A stretch of 64,000 bases of DNA. It comes from Neodothiora populina. Taxonomy: Eukaryota. The DNA is taken from positions 868,001 to 932,000 of the forward strand of contig NW_027191413.1 in NCBI RefSeq assembly GCF_041146345.1, given 5' to 3'. Below, in pieces: positions 1 through 13,346 of the stretch. Under the pieces are notes generated by a model that saw only the letters and a program-made list of their open reading frames with translations, did not search any database and was not told where the DNA came from. Each line of letters opens with the position of its first letter. Positions within the stretch are counted from its first letter, which is position 1. A program made the position numbers and the translations under genes.

Positions 1-510
1 CGCGCAGCCGAAGCAGAAGAACAACAACACCAGACCCAAGAAACCCAGAACAGACAAAGCACCACCACCACCACCACCACCACCACCGGCGGCTTCGACT
101 TCGGCTTCCCCTCCACACCAACCGAGTTCCAGAAGAACCTCATGCGCTTCGCCTTCCTCCCCGCCACGGTCAAGTCGTCTTCTCGCGCCGGCGGCTGGAG
201 CACAGAGTACGGAAGACCCGACATACCGTACATGCTGCGCTGCATGAACCGGGACGAGTGGGGCAGTAGTAGTCGCAATCCGCCTCACGCCAACAACACC
301 AGCAGCGGCAGCAGCAGCAGCAGCGACGACAAGACGTCGTCGTCGTCGCCGAAACCCAAGCAGAGCAAAAGAGTGTGCGTCTTCGTGTGCGGACCAAGCG
401 GCATGCGAGTCGATGTGAGTAATGGCGTCGCGGCGCTGCAGAGACAGGTGTGGGACGGGGACGGCGGGATCGATGAGGTTTTCTTGCATGCTGAGAATTA
501 CGCTATATGA
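1..510 (+). CDS. Ferric reductase-like (FRE/NOX family) protein, C-terminal NAD(P)H-binding part; 5' end outside window
   Basis: Frame is open from base 1 (RAAEAEEQQ...TTTTTTTTTGGFDFGFPSTPTEFQKNLMRF). It ends in VFVCGPSGMRVDV...EVFLHAENYAI*, the CGP and terminal H-x-E-x-Y motifs of ferric reductase NAD-binding domains. Confidence 0.65.
   Translation, partial: RAAEAEEQQHQTQETQNRQSTTTTTTTTTGGFDFGFPSTPTEFQKNLMRFAFLPATVKSSSRAGGWSTEYGRPDIPYMLRCMNRDEWGSSSRNPPHANNTSSGSSSSSDDKTSSSSPKPKQSKRVCVFVCGPSGMRVDVSNGVAALQRQVWDGDGGIDEVFLHAENYAI
61..87 (+). repeat. (ACC)9 microsatellite encoding poly-Thr in the ferric reductase-like CDS
   Basis: accaccacc... read directly. Confidence 0.9.
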
Positions 511-1300
511 TGATTTGACAATGATATGTTTTCTTCTCATTCTCTACCTTCCTTGTTCGTCTTGTTTCGGCTTCTTTTTTCTTTCTCCTTTCGCATCTTT
601 CGTTGCTGATTCAGTCGAGACTGATGTATCGGTGTATATCTTTCGTTCCGGATTTTCTTCTTCAGATGCAGGACCTGTGTCAAATAGTGCTATAGAGACC
701 ATGGGATCGTCGGCATTTCTTCAAGGGTCGAAAAAATGGCACTCAAGCATCAAAGTACCATATCTGTTGCAATTTCTAAAGTCTGTTCTTACTTCTAATT
801 CACACGACTCTAGCGATGCATTTGCTCGCTATCTTCGCCGTCAGATTGACTCGTCCCATATCGTCCGAGTGAACAAATTACTTCGCATTGATCCATCTCA
901 ACGGCTTTCGTGTTCACAAAGGCTCCTTTTCCTTCATAACTGCGTGGTAAAAATCTCATGTCTTCCGGTCGTGACTAATTTTCAATCTGTCCTTCTACCC
1001 CTTGCCAATCCAAGCGGCAGGCGTAGCTGTATAGTAGCCACTCACCATATCCTAGCATACCAACACCGATCATACCCAATCTTGACCGAACCCATTTCCC
1101 AAATGTCTCTAGAGTTGCAAGTCTGTGCATCAGCTTCTCACAGCTCAGAAAGTACGAGTAGTAATAAAACATAATAAACTGAAAATAAGGAGAAATCCCT
1201 CGTAAAGCTGCTGGGGAGGACGTCCCGCTCAGGTCAAGTACGCAAATTACGGCGATAGTTGCATGCGCACAGGGAGCGAGCCCATGACGTCGTCAGGATC

Positions 1301-3176
1301 CTACTCCGACGGTCTGATGACAACATCGCGACACAGCACCACTACGCGCTTGAACAGACGTCTCCATTCGAGAGGATCACCCTTTGCCTTTGTGAATCGC
1401 ACTTCCACGAGCCCCTCGTCACTGATCTTGTCAACAAACGCATTGCCGCTGAGGCCCTGCTTGCGACCATCGAGGAGCTGGATGCGGATGGTGGCGCTTC
1501 TGCTTTTGTCTTCGCCGGGCGCGGCAGGCGAGATGGGTATGTTGAGGGTGTGCAGAGCGCTGCGCAGCACGCCTGTGACTTGAGCCATTGGCTGTGCGGA
1601 GTAGAATCTTGCCAGAGAGTTTTGTGGTAAAATGTCTTTGAAGTCCCGAGCTTGCTGCGTGAGGCTGATGGGCACGGCGTGTGATTGACTGAATTGCGTC
1701 ATGTGCGGTTCTTGTGACAGAAGCGAGCAGACCTGGTCGTGAGTGATGACGGCTCGGTTGCGGTCGCCAGCTGTTGTGGGCTGTGAAGCGTTGAAGTTGG
1801 TCATTCCTGCGAGACGAGGTGGCGCCTCCCAGACGAAAGGCTGGTTGAGGATGGGTGTCTCGGGTTGAGTCGAGGCAAAAGCTGCTGTCCAGGCCGGAGG
1901 GGGCTGCTGAGGTTGCGAGTGGACGTCTGGCTTATTCGCCTGCTGAGAGTCGACATTTGGTGCGTCGAAATCAATATGGAGACGCTCGATCATGTTCGTC
2001 GCAAGCGTCACAGAGTCGGCAGCCTTGCCATCCTTGTTCATATAAGTGTTCTTGCGGGTGAACCAGGAGTGGATACGGATATCGTCCAGGGTAAAACGAT
2101 GTTCGGAATCGACTCTGAGCATGCCCCTCAGCAAGCTGATGGCATCTAGTGGTATACGGGTCCAGAGCTCATCGTCCGGTTTGCCTGCGGTCGCACAGAA
2201 GTTATAGAACTCGTCGCTCTGGTTGACATCTGGCAAGTCCCATGGTGTATTACCCACGAGCAACACAAAAAGCACAATTGCACAACTCCAGATGTCTGCA
2301 TCGTCAGCCTTGTAGCCGAACTTGTCCTCGCCGTGCCTACGCTTCTTGTTCTCTTCGCCAACTCGTACTATCTCTGGCGCGATGTATGGTGGGCTACCGC
2401 ACACCATCCCATGCATTTTGCGCTCTCCCGTCTGTGGGTTCAAGAACTGTGTGGCGAGTCCAAAGTCGGCCAATTTCAAATCTCCGCGGTCAGACAACAG
2501 CATGTTCTCTGGCTTTATGTCACGATGTGCGATGCCTTTGCCGTGGCACCACGTCACAGCGCTGATCAACTGCTTGAAGTAAAAATGTGCAATCTCCTCT
2601 CCTACACCTTCGTCGGCTTCGATTTTGTCGAACAAATCGCCTCCGCCGGCAAGCTCCATCGCAATCCATACCCAAGATGCATCGGACCCACTACCTAGGT
2701 TTCTGATGACATTTGGATGGCCACTTGCCCGGCCATGGAGAGCAACTTCCAGCTCCACTTGCCTTGGCTTGAGTCGGCCGACACGGAAGGCATGTTCCTT
2801 GTTGATGAATTTGACGGCTATGATTGGTTTTGAAGCGCTGAGGGGAACCGCTTTGCGGATGCTGTAAGATGTCAGATGGTTAGCATAGTGTGACTTGCCC
2901 TTTTTAGCTGTGAGAGGACGCGGTCTCAACAATCGGCCCAAGGCTGGAGGTAGCGGCTAATGATCTTATAATCGAGCTGGGAAGACCATGTGCAGAAGGA
3001 GGGTACGAACGAGGCATATGCGCCACTGCCGATGGTCTTTGATACAAGACGGAAAGGCAGATCCTTTGGCAAGGGAGCCACTTGGGACTTTGATTACTCA
3101 TAAATCATGTTAGCAATTATTGCACGTCAAGCTTCATGGTAGGTGCTTTTTCACATACACCAGGTGGAGCACCCAT
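1301..3176 (-). CDS. chk1: Checkpoint Ser/Thr kinase Chk1; exons 3176-3159, 3087-3011, 2861-1301
   Basis: Spliced N-terminus MGAPPG-SQVAPLPKDLPFRLVSKTIGSGAYAS-IRKA, with GTATGT and GTTCGT donors and GCTAAC branch sites. Kinase motifs AVK, HRDIKPEN, DFG, GSPPYIAPE. C-terminal KGDPLEWRRLFKR is typical of Chk1. Confidence 0.92.
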
Positions 3177-3397
3177 TATCGTCGTGCGACAAGCTGCATA
3201 TACAGTGTCGACGATGCTAGTAGTATAGCTGCTGATCGAGACGAGGTCGAGGGCTTGAGAAAGAAGGTGATCAATAAATTCAGACACAAAATCGTCGCTA
3301 CGAATGATGACCTGTCACTCAAAGACGAGTTTCTCAAGCTCCATCAAGGTGGAGGGCAAACGCACAAACATCGACCCAGCTTATCCAGTCATGGATC

Positions 3398-3422
3398 ACG
3401 CGTTCCTGGCGTGTTTACGCGA
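3398..3422. promoter_or_regulatory. Two MCB-like elements (ACGCGT, ACGCGA) upstream of chk1
   Basis: ACGCGT at 3398-3403 and ACGCGA at 3417-3422, about 220-245 bp upstream of the ATG. Confidence 0.4.
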
Positions 3423-4546
3423 TTGACGTGTTGCCAATTTACAGTGGCTTCCACAGTTCTTCTTCCGCTTGCTTCTAGCGCCTACCCGCACAAGAGACTT
3501 CACAGATGTACAGTACAGTATTATCATATCTTATCAGTCCATCGACTTTGCGGGCACGGTGATGATCACAGGCCATGTGACCTTTGCACTTAGTTCGTAT
3601 AAATCTCGGAGCGAGGCCCGTATCCTAGGATTGGATAAAAGCGGCTCGTCTACCACCACCTTCCAGTTGCTACACTTCTTCCGAGACGCGCTAACGCTAA
3701 GCCCGAAAAGGTACGAGGTGTCCTCATCCTGGGCTTCTTTTTTCGCCGACGGCGCGCGGCCAATTCATGCAAGGTACCAAAATCGGCAATTCGTAACATT
3801 ATGGATATGCATTCAGTACAGTACAAGATGAGAACTATTGTGCCATCTTGACGTGCTCAAGCTAGCTAAGTGTGTGCGCGGTCATGTGGTCATAACCCAT
3901 CTTCAAATCTCCTAATGCATACCCTGCTGGGGCCGCCAATCGTGCTTCCGCAGACCCGTGATATGCTGGACCTTCACCGGACAAAGACTCAGTGATGTCG
4001 ATTCCAGAATGTGGCGGATGGTGTACTTAGGAATACATGCCACCGCTCGCCGATGACCGTCCGAGGATAATGTGGAAGAAAAGATGTATGAAAAGTGAAA
4101 AGTGATAAGAAAAAAAAGGAAATGGTAGTGAGGATGTGGACATGATTATCCAGGGTCCAGAGTCGCTCCTATTATGGTGTGGTCGAATACAAAACGCCGC
4201 GCTATATGCATTTATCAGGAGGCCTTTGACATCAGACGGTCCTGGAATCGAGTACACATGCTGCAGCCTGCACTTTCGTCGAGTGCAACATGTGCGAATT
4301 GCTAATCTGACAGGATGAAACTTTCGAAATTCGTGTCCCATTTCCCCAAGTCCGACGCGGATTGTCCATCAATCGTTATGTCGGGCTTCGCTTTGGGGCG
4401 GGTCATGTGCCGCTGGCTTCCGGAAATTTGATGTAACATCCGTATCTGCCTGTCCCGCGGTCCAGGCCGCAAAGGCCGGTGTTGGTTTGGGTTGGAGCAA
4501 AGGTAAGTATTTATAAAGGTTTTACGAATACTTTGTGGACCGCTCC

Positions 4547-6368
4547 CTATGAGATTGAGGAAGTGGCAAAGGCGGTACTAAGAATACTCTCGTAGTTGCG
4601 GTTCTCAATCACTTTGGCATACTTTGGATCGCGGCAGAATTTGGGCACAGAGTCCTGGTACTTGTTAGTCGAGCTAATCAGTCAAGGGAGAGCAGATAGA
4701 CTTACGCTTGCCATGAGCTTGAAGACGCTGGTTTGAGCCTGATCGAAAAGCACAGCGACCTCGTCAAGGCTCGTAATCATCTCTGCGTCTTCGCCAACAG
4801 CACGGGTCATGCGACCAGCCAAAGCATTGCGAAGGTTGTGGTCGATGTTTAACTCGCAAGGGGAGCCTGGCGCAAGGAAAGCGTTATATAGACCTATTGC
4901 AGTTAGCAAATGTGTGTGACGATGATTGTCCAATTTTTGCAACTCACTGTATGCCGAGGCGAGAGTTTCACGGATGAGATCCAGACGCGGTGCAGGGACC
5001 GCACGTTTGGCAACTCCATAGTCTAGTAGGAAGCCTCTAACTTCCAAGAAAAACGTCAAGTTCTCCTCGCAATGTGTCTCCTGTAGGAACTCTCTGAAAA
5101 GCAGTCGAAGAGCGGGATCGTGGATGATTGCTGACATCCTGCTAGTGTTAGAATCGCGGGCGATACCTGGCGGTAGCTTGGCGGCGTTGGTTGCTTCGCC
5201 ATTTACAGATCCGTTAGAACTCCTGACCCAGCCAGCTATCTTCATGCCCTTATCCGTGACGCCATATTGAGCGTTCTTGGTAGGCTGAAATCGTTGTAGA
5301 GCGTTGCGGTCTTCGCTGACAGGAACGATGAAGCCATGCACCAAGAATTGTTGTGCAAGCTCGAAGGCTTCTTTTCGGTTGACAACCATGCAACAGTCCA
5401 TCAGCCAATCGACGGCCGACTTGCCAGTGAAGATGTAGGGAGTGTCCTTCTCGATCACCTTCCTAGCTCGAATCATACGAACTCCAATCAAACCAGTCGC
5501 ATACTCATGCACCGAATCGGAGTCAGCTGTGGATGTGCTCTTGAGGTTGGGTCCTGCTTCGCCAACAAATCTGCGGAAGATGACCTCGATGGTACCCCGA
5601 TCGAAGTTGGGGTTGTCGGTGTCAGCCTCGCGCTCCAGGATGACGAGCTGCATCATGTTCCTTGGCGAGTCGAGCAGTTCGTTGACGTGGCGCTGGTGAA
5701 TACCGTTTCGCTGACAGAAACGAGTCAACACCCGCATGCCCTTTGGTGTAAGTTGCCAGACGGAACTTCTAGAACCAAAATCTTGCTTTCCATCCAAAGA
5801 CTCGACAAATCTTGCCTCCACGAATCGATTGCAAACGGTGCGGGCCATTTCTTTCGCCATTGAAAAGGTGGTTGTCGTTGTTGTGGTCACGATGCGGGAG
5901 GGGTCTTTCGGGTCAGGCATGCGATTGGATTGTGAGAATTTGAGAGAGCCAAGGTTCGTCAGAGCTTCTTCCGTAGTGAAAGTGTGCTCGACTTTTGTGA
6001 AACGGACACGGTGCGGTGTGAGGGGAAGGGAGACCATGAGCGTGGAAAAGAGATCCTTGAGATCCTGTACACAGAGTGTCAGCAACGTTATTGCAATTCA
6101 CCTTTACACTAGCCACGAGTGTGCATGAATCGTGTGAAAGAATCGATAGCCGCCGAGTCCTCAATTACCACCATGGTGTTGAAGGCCGCTGGCAGGAACG
6201 ACGGATCAGGTCGACACCTCTTGTGTTGCCGATATGCAGCGATTTTTGGCAGTAAACTTCGAGCAAAATCCAACCCAGAGGCAGAACAAGATGTACAACG
6301 AGACTTACCCTTGTGAATGGCCGATCATCGTCAGTTTGGCGTAATAATCTCGAAGAAGTCTGATGCAT
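4547..6368 (-). CDS. flbA: Regulator of G-protein signalling, FlbA/Sst2 type (two DEP domains plus RGS); exons 6368-6309, 6064-4948, 4893-4706, 4654-4547
   Basis: MHQTSSRLLRQTDDDRPFTR/DLKDLFSTL; SQSNRMPDPKDPSRIVTTTTTTTFSMAKEMAR; FTGKSAVDWLMDC; RGS box LFREFLQETHCEENLTF...YNAFLAPGSPCELNIDH...FKLMAS/DSVPKF. All introns are GT-AG and in phase. Confidence 0.93.
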
Positions 6369-9300
6369 CGTGGGATTGTGGACGGTTGCGTCTTTCTTTC
6401 GGGACCGGGAAGGCAGATGGCCTGCAGTTATCGCGATGTAGCCTCTTGGTGTCGCAAGAGGGTTAATATATGCTGGAAGTGTCTCTATAGGTTGGAAGAC
6501 GTCAAATTGAGCCGACGCCTACAATGGCGACTGATTCCGGGGAAGGACAATTGGACGGAGGAGGGGCCGCACAGAGGTCAGGAAGCAAGAGCAAATATAT
6601 AGTAGTAGTCAAAGGGATGACGAGCGTCAAGAATGGACATGCAAGACGCTTAGAAGGGTCTCGTGCAGTCTTGGGATAACACTGTCGCACTGTAGACAAG
6701 TTCTTCGTGAGACTGCGACCGCCAAGCAAGAGAGATGATGCTCTGGAAAGTGGTGCAAGAGTGGAAAAGAAATGGATGATTTGCTAGAAATGCCCGGTGG
6801 GTGATGTATCGAATAGAAAGGGCGGCTGCGCACAGAAGTCGGCTGAAATATTCGTTCGTCGTTGCAGATTTTAAGGGTAAGGGCAGCCGCTACCAGGTTG
6901 GGGCGAATGCGAGATAGTGTGTAGGTTGGAGGGCACGCAGCGGTAACGTCAGTCGCATATGCTTCGTTACAATGGGAGAGAGAATGATTGCCAATAGAAC
7001 GGCAAAACACCTGAGAGATGGGGAGAAGAGGAGGGAGAACAGCTGAGCGGGGAGGAAGAGAGAGAGAGAGAGGGTCGAACAGAGTGGACTGGACGAGAGG
7101 ATTACGCGGGCACGGAAGAAGAAGGGTTAATAGTAGTAAGTAGGAGTATGTAAAGTCAGATGAGGCATCTGTACGAGTAGAGCGAGCCTCTACCATCTGC
7201 GAAACAGGAGAGTGGAGCCGCTAAGTCGAGTTTTGACCAGCGTCCACGCTATGACCTAGCCCGCATCAAAACCTCGTGGGAACCGACAGGGGGGGTGTGC
7301 CATGGTGGCTTGCTCGAGCTTGCCTGGCTGCCACGCGCTTGTGGCTGCATGCACTTTAATCTATGACTATTATCTCACGCTTGGCCTTCACTTATGTCCG
7401 AGCCCGTAATGATGACTTAGGTGCAGCTGGCAGTCTTGCCTGAGTCAGTTTCTCACTTGGGTGTTTTCGCTCGTCTCGCTGCGTGCATCTGCCCTCGTCT
7501 CGCGAATTGCAGCTGCGCACTTTGTGCCATGCTGCTGCTGCTTTGAAGATTGGGAACCCCGTGTCTGGGCCTCACTCGGTCTTCCTCGTGCTGCTCCACA
7601 TACAGCAGGGCCTCTCCTTCGGCATTTCCTCTGCATTACTCTTAGTCGTCGCTATAGAATCCCTTCTCCGTGTGGCTCGCGTGAAGTAAGCATACTCCTC
7701 GCACGTGTCGCATGCGAGTCGCACGCGGCAGATCATGTCACGGACTTACCGAATCTGGCCTGCGACTAACACACGCCGCCCACCGCACAGCTCGGGTTTG
7801 CGATCTTGCAACGAAGGCTCACAGACTTCACGTTTCTGCTCCTCGGCTGAGCTTTTGTATTTTCCGACCCTCTTGACGCCTGTGCAAATGGCTCATGGCC
7901 AGAGCTCCTATACTGCATATTGTCCTCGAAGCTCAGTGCTGGAGCTGCGCTGTCGTTTCCACTGTAGAAGCATGGCACCGTACAGTACATCAGATGCAGG
8001 CGTCTGTACACAGTAATTTCATCCACATGACCGCCGCTCAATATCGGGACGATCTCTGATCCCAGCGGGCATAAGCCAACAGGTGCCAGAGACTTCGTTA
8101 AGCCCGCTTTTTCGGGTGGTCGCCAATCAGCAAGCTACTATAAAGCACGGTATATACTCTATAGAGCGACCTAATATTGTTCTTTTTGTCTTGCATCACT
8201 TTATACATGTCCCTTTCGCCGCCCTTTACAAGAGAGGTTCCAACCACAGATGTGTCTACCTCGGACGGCTTTATGCCATACGGCTCTAGCGGGAATCTCG
8301 ATTTGATTTTCCCATGATATACAGTATATGCTAGACTCGTTGTGGCGGGCACCGAAGCAGCCTTATCGCGTCAGGCAAGCAGCCCTCCACACCGCCTCGA
8401 CGATCGTACATAGGGTCGTTGACGGGCATGGGTCTCGTTGCTTGACGCCATTTGTCGATATGCCGAGGCTTCAGGTATAAGTTGGTCAAAGCCTCGTTTG
8501 CTCACACGATAAATTCACATCATTGACGTGTCCGTAGAAGTGTAGCATCATCTTGGTAGATAATCCACATGACAAACGGAATCCAGCCCGCCCGTTGGCT
8601 GCTTTTACCCCCTCGAAGCTTTGCGGCTAGTGTACGTTGGAAGACGCATTCTATCCGCCTACCCAATAATTCAGTTGTAACGGATAGCGAGTACAGCGTC
8701 GATTGCAAAAATCCCACGCCCGACGATGCACTGTATTTGCTTTTGGCCCAGCAGGGCGTTTCTGATCTTCTTAAAGTTTGGAGAAACGATCCATACAGCC
8801 GGGTCAATCTGACGAAGGCTTCCCTTTTGAGAGGCGAACACGATGGCGGACGATACAACTCTACATTGCAGACACTAGGGCGGGCAGGATATTGTTGCAT
8901 GTGATGTTTGTCCCAACAGTCACAAGAGTCACAAGAGTCAAGTTCTCCTACAGTGGTCAGTTCTCGTGAATTGGGGTAGGAATCGCCTAATTGCAATGGG
9001 GCTTGGTAATCGCTCGCAATTTGTTTGCGACGCCGTCCATTGTCAATCACTCCTGTGCGCCGCGTATCGTCTGCTTCTGGTGATAAAGCGTAGCTTCGAA
9101 GACACCCATGTGCCACGCCCGATTGGCTCTTCGTCTATCGTCCACAATACAGTGTTGAGGAGGGATGCATCATAGTTTCCGAGATTGACAGCGGAGATCT
9201 GCATTGCAACTCGGCTCTGAAATATGGATCTGCTCTCCACCTTGATAACACAAATCGTGAAACGAGTCCGGAGGTCTTCGGCAATAGAGCCCTTTTCTCG

Positions 9301-9745
9301 AAGACAAGCTGCTGACCTTTTTCACGTCACTGACACGTGGGCATGACTACGCGCTTTACCATCTTCGTCGACACTACTGCTGTTGCTTGCCTCTATCTTG
9401 ATTCATTGTATGGGATCTTCATCTTCGCCTTACGTTCGCGTCAATAATGGGTGTTCGTCGCATCGCCCAGCTGTGTTCCGCGAGTCGCTAGCATAAAGCC
9501 TAGGACACGCCAGCCAAGGCAGGGACCAAGTGATACTGCAGACCTTCGGTGCGCGCGCGTGCGGTGCCGTGCAGCCTTACCAAAACTGCGGGCGGAGAGG
9601 AAAGCTCTAGATCGTCCATGGCCTGTGATATCACACCACTGTCTGACGTCTAAGTAATAAGACTGGACTCAGATATAGGGGAGGGGTGCTTGCAGTTGCC
9701 ACCACAACCGCCTAGCCATTTTTTACGAAGAGGGGCACTCCGTGA

Positions 9746-9767
9746 GTGTGTGTGTGTGTGTGTGTGT
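9746..9767 (+). repeat. (GT)n microsatellite
   Basis: gtgtgtgtgtgtgtgtgtgtgt in intergenic DNA. Confidence 0.9.
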
Positions 9768-12354
9768 TCTTTCTGGGAGCTGGATCGATGGGCATCCACC
9801 AGCTCTTTTTCAAGGGGCGAGAGAATCCTTGAATTCCGGTCGTACGGATATGCTTAGGTAGCCGTCGGACCGGCTCTTCGCAGTAGTGTGGGCTTCCGCA
9901 CCATTAGGCAAGCATCATGGCTGGCGGTATCGCATACTTGATCCACTTTCGAAATCCACCGCATCTTGACCATGTGCTTACTCTCGGCTAAAACCACGTG
10001 GCATGCAGGGCATGCTCATGACGGACAACGTGTCCGACCGGATAGCCGGCATGGGTCCTGCTTAGTGTCTCTCGCCCTCGTTGACCAATCAAGTAATGTG
10101 TGGACTGCGGCTATGTAGCAGTGATCATGGAACAGACGTTTGAGTAATGTAATTCACATGGCCTCGGAGAAGCAAGTTTCTGCTGCACGCTACTGCACTG
10201 TTATGCAAGGCTGCTGCATCTGCACGAACGCACACTCAATATTGCGAACATGATAACGTGCCAGCAAAGGGAAAAGCTCAGTACTGTACTTGTACCTTAC
10301 ATAGGGCTAAGACTATTCCTGGTCCGCCATGCACAATCCTGAAACGGGGGGGCTTGGCTTTGCGCTGCAAACTTGACACTACTGTGAGGTGGCCTTGGAC
10401 CTCGCTCGCCCTTCTTCTGCCACAAGCTGTTGGCATGACCAGGTTTGAGACAAATCGCATGGCATGTTTGTTCGATCCATGTGGGTAAACCTATCTAAAA
10501 ACTCATCTCAAATCAGACATGTCTCTGGAAAATCAAGTCTGCGCTGAGGATAAAGTGTGGTGTCAGAAAAAAACAAGTGGAATGTGTCAGGGACTACGAT
10601 CGATTGAAGCCTTATATCGTCTTAGGTTTGCATAGAGTGCCATTAGACATGTGGTGGCATTTTTATACAAATGCCTATCCACATCAGGCAATCAATGCGA
10701 AACCTTTCAGCGGCCTTCTCGCATCTTTCTAGAAGCAATTGAAGCGATTACCTCCACATACCTTAATGAGAAACGAGTGACGCCTCATCCGACACCTTCA
10801 CGTCCCCTCGCGTGGCTAAAAATACGGACCACCTGAGGTAATGGAAAAAGCTTCCACGTTCCACACACGTAAGTTGATCGAAGCTGAACACAAAGAAGGG
10901 TCCTGTCTCGTCGACACCGCCTCAATATGTTTCTCGCCCTTCTGCGATCGGGACTGATTCAAGAGTGACCGAGCTTCTCCTCCCAATTGTCCATGCATCT
11001 CTCTGTCTCGCGCTCACCATCTACCGTATCGCAACAAGGATACAGTGGTGATTTGCAGCTAGCCTTCTGCACCTGCTGAAAATCCGTGAACATTCCATCT
11101 ATCTTCTGGCGTCCAGCTGATGCACTCCATCTACGGTACGCAGTGGCCATTTTCAATAAAGCGCCATCACGGACACTACCCATTACATGTGAATCTCGGG
11201 AAAGGGAACGTGGTTCTCTTGCAAGCAAAGGCACAAGGAACCACTGATGTCCCGAGAGCCGCCGACATCAGTGCCGTACGCTAGCAAGGCCAAGTTCATG
11301 ATGAGAACAGAGAAAAAAAAACCCCCAATGTTTCTTCTTCGAAAGGCCAAGGCTTTCCGCCGTGACCATTTCCCAGCCGTCCCAACAACCTTGAGGAGAA
11401 CAGTGTTTGATCAGCCTACCCGACGGAGCTTCACCGCCGTCGGGTTTTCGCCGGAACAGGCGTCTCCGCACCGTGGTAGCCCAGTCCCGGAGGTTTGATG
11501 ACCATCAAGGTTGGATTGGACTATCAGACAAGTCTCGCATTGACGGACTTTGGTGCAGGCGGTGTCGCGCAATGGATCTTTTTGATTGTTTGGTCGTATG
11601 AGTGAGGGGTTGATGGGCAGAGTGGACATGTAAGGTTCGAGGGACGCGGCATTTTGAGCACATAGCCTTTTTTTTGCCTTTATAGCATACTGTACAGTAC
11701 AATCTAAAGCGGTGAAAAATGGTGTACGTTACTCCGGGAGAGGGCCTGTCAGCCTGCGACAGAGCAAAATGACCTGATGAGCGTGGGCATTTGGAGACCA
11801 GTGTAGAGTAAGTCAAATGTACCACTGTCCGTGGTAGCAAACATTTAACATGGAAAAATGCCTTTTAGCTCGTATCAGTGGCTGCTCGCATAAATTTTCA
11901 AGGATGTAATGGCGCCTGTGCTTGAACCTTCTCTCACGACACTGGTGTGATGCTCAGAATTCGTTTTGCTGGACATGATAGGATCTACCTGTCCATGGAC
12001 AAGGATTTGATATCATTCGAACCACAGCGTCTGAGGTTTTACGCACGAGCACTTGCTCGCAAATGCGAAGGATGACAAACACATCTAAGACTGTGCCACT
12101 TGATCTTTTACAATACAGTACAGTATCTGATATCAATGCGACATGGCGAGCGACTAGGCGCACGCACTGCTGCACACCCCCAGCTCCAGGATGTCATGAG
12201 GCTCAAGGTTGATAATAGATCAGAGTAAGAAAATGTATGAGAAAGTGGCGATGCTCGGCCTTCTCCAGGCTGCGATGCGATTTGAAGACAGGAAGGCTAC
12301 ACGGTTTAGGAAACAAAACAGAAAAGGTACGCATGAGAAGTCATGGCCGGAGCG

Positions 12355-13346
12355 TCAACCAAGGACAGCAGCCAAGATGACGACTGTAAGAACAATGGCC
12401 AGAATTAGAAGTAGGCAGCAGGCCTTGTTCCTTGCATTTCGCTGATGGCGGCTCGCGGTGCGCAGGTTCTGGTCAGCACCTCTTGTATCGTCTCTTGTGT
12501 TGACGACGTTGTCCGAGATGATGTCGAGTGATTGACCCTGTTCGTGCACCATATGTGCGACATCTCGAAATAATTCATTAAGCTCACCGACAGATTGCTC
12601 GATGTTCCGGATCTCGGACTCGCGCTCAACGATCAAAGACTCTTGAAAATCAACCTCGGACTGGTCTGCAAGGCGCAATTGTTCCTGCTCCTGTTGTTGC
12701 AGCTGTTGATCTCCTCCTTGTGGGCCGGAGAACCCTTGACCGCCCTCCTCCAGAGCAGTCCGTGCAGCAGTGGCCGACGCCCGCTGTTTGTCGAGGGCTT
12801 GTCGTTGAAGCGTCTGAAATTCGGTCAAGGAGGCTTTAAATTCTTGGTTGAGTTTGCCTTGGGTGTATTTCTGCGAAGGCTGTGATGTGACAAACAGTCA
12901 GCAAGACGGCCCTGCAATTACTGCAATTCATCACTGTGTGTCACGGCAGCACTCACCCCAAGGTCATGCCATGCTTGGACCTTCTTCAAGCCTTCGCCGA
13001 TGTCTTTGAAGCCATCCGACGTCTCCTCTAACAAGTCTTGTACTCGCTCTCGCACACGATCTGTCTCGCGCTTTGTCCCGAGTAATGCGACCTGGTTCGA
13101 TAAGCGAGAGATGTTCGAAGTCAACGAGAAGAGTTTGTCGGAGAGATCTGTAGTAAACTCCTGAAACTCGGGATCGTCGGCGTATTGCGGGTCGTCCTCT
13201 CGCCTCCAGGTGGTGGGCTGGGCTGGGGAGTGGTCAGCAAGGCAAATGCATCCTTCCCACGCGAGCGGTCTGCCTGGTGTATGGTGTATGGTGTATGGTG
13301 TATGGTGTCACAAACCTTCAAGCGCATTGGAATCACTATAAGACAT
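12355..13346 (-). CDS. pep12: Endosomal/vacuolar syntaxin (Pep12/Vam3-like t-SNARE), 3 exons
   Basis: MSYSDSNALE/AQPTTWRREDDPQYADDPEF; Habc region; SNARE motif IVERESEIRNIEQSVGELNELFRDVAHMVHEQG; C-terminal TM ACCLLLILAIVLTVVILAAVLG*. Confidence 0.88.
13275..13308 (+). repeat. (TGGTGTA)~5 tandem repeat within syntaxin intron 1
   Basis: tggtgtatggtgtatggtgtatggtgtatggtgt. Confidence 0.85.

Noticed and set aside
422..1174. 250-aa ORF overlapping the ferric reductase end
   Set aside because: It runs through T-rich 3' UTR-like sequence with no recognisable domain or codon bias; likely a chance ORF.
2862..3101. Apparent frameshift or odd N-terminus of chk1 in the ORF track
   Set aside because: Fully explained by two canonical introns; not a pseudogene.
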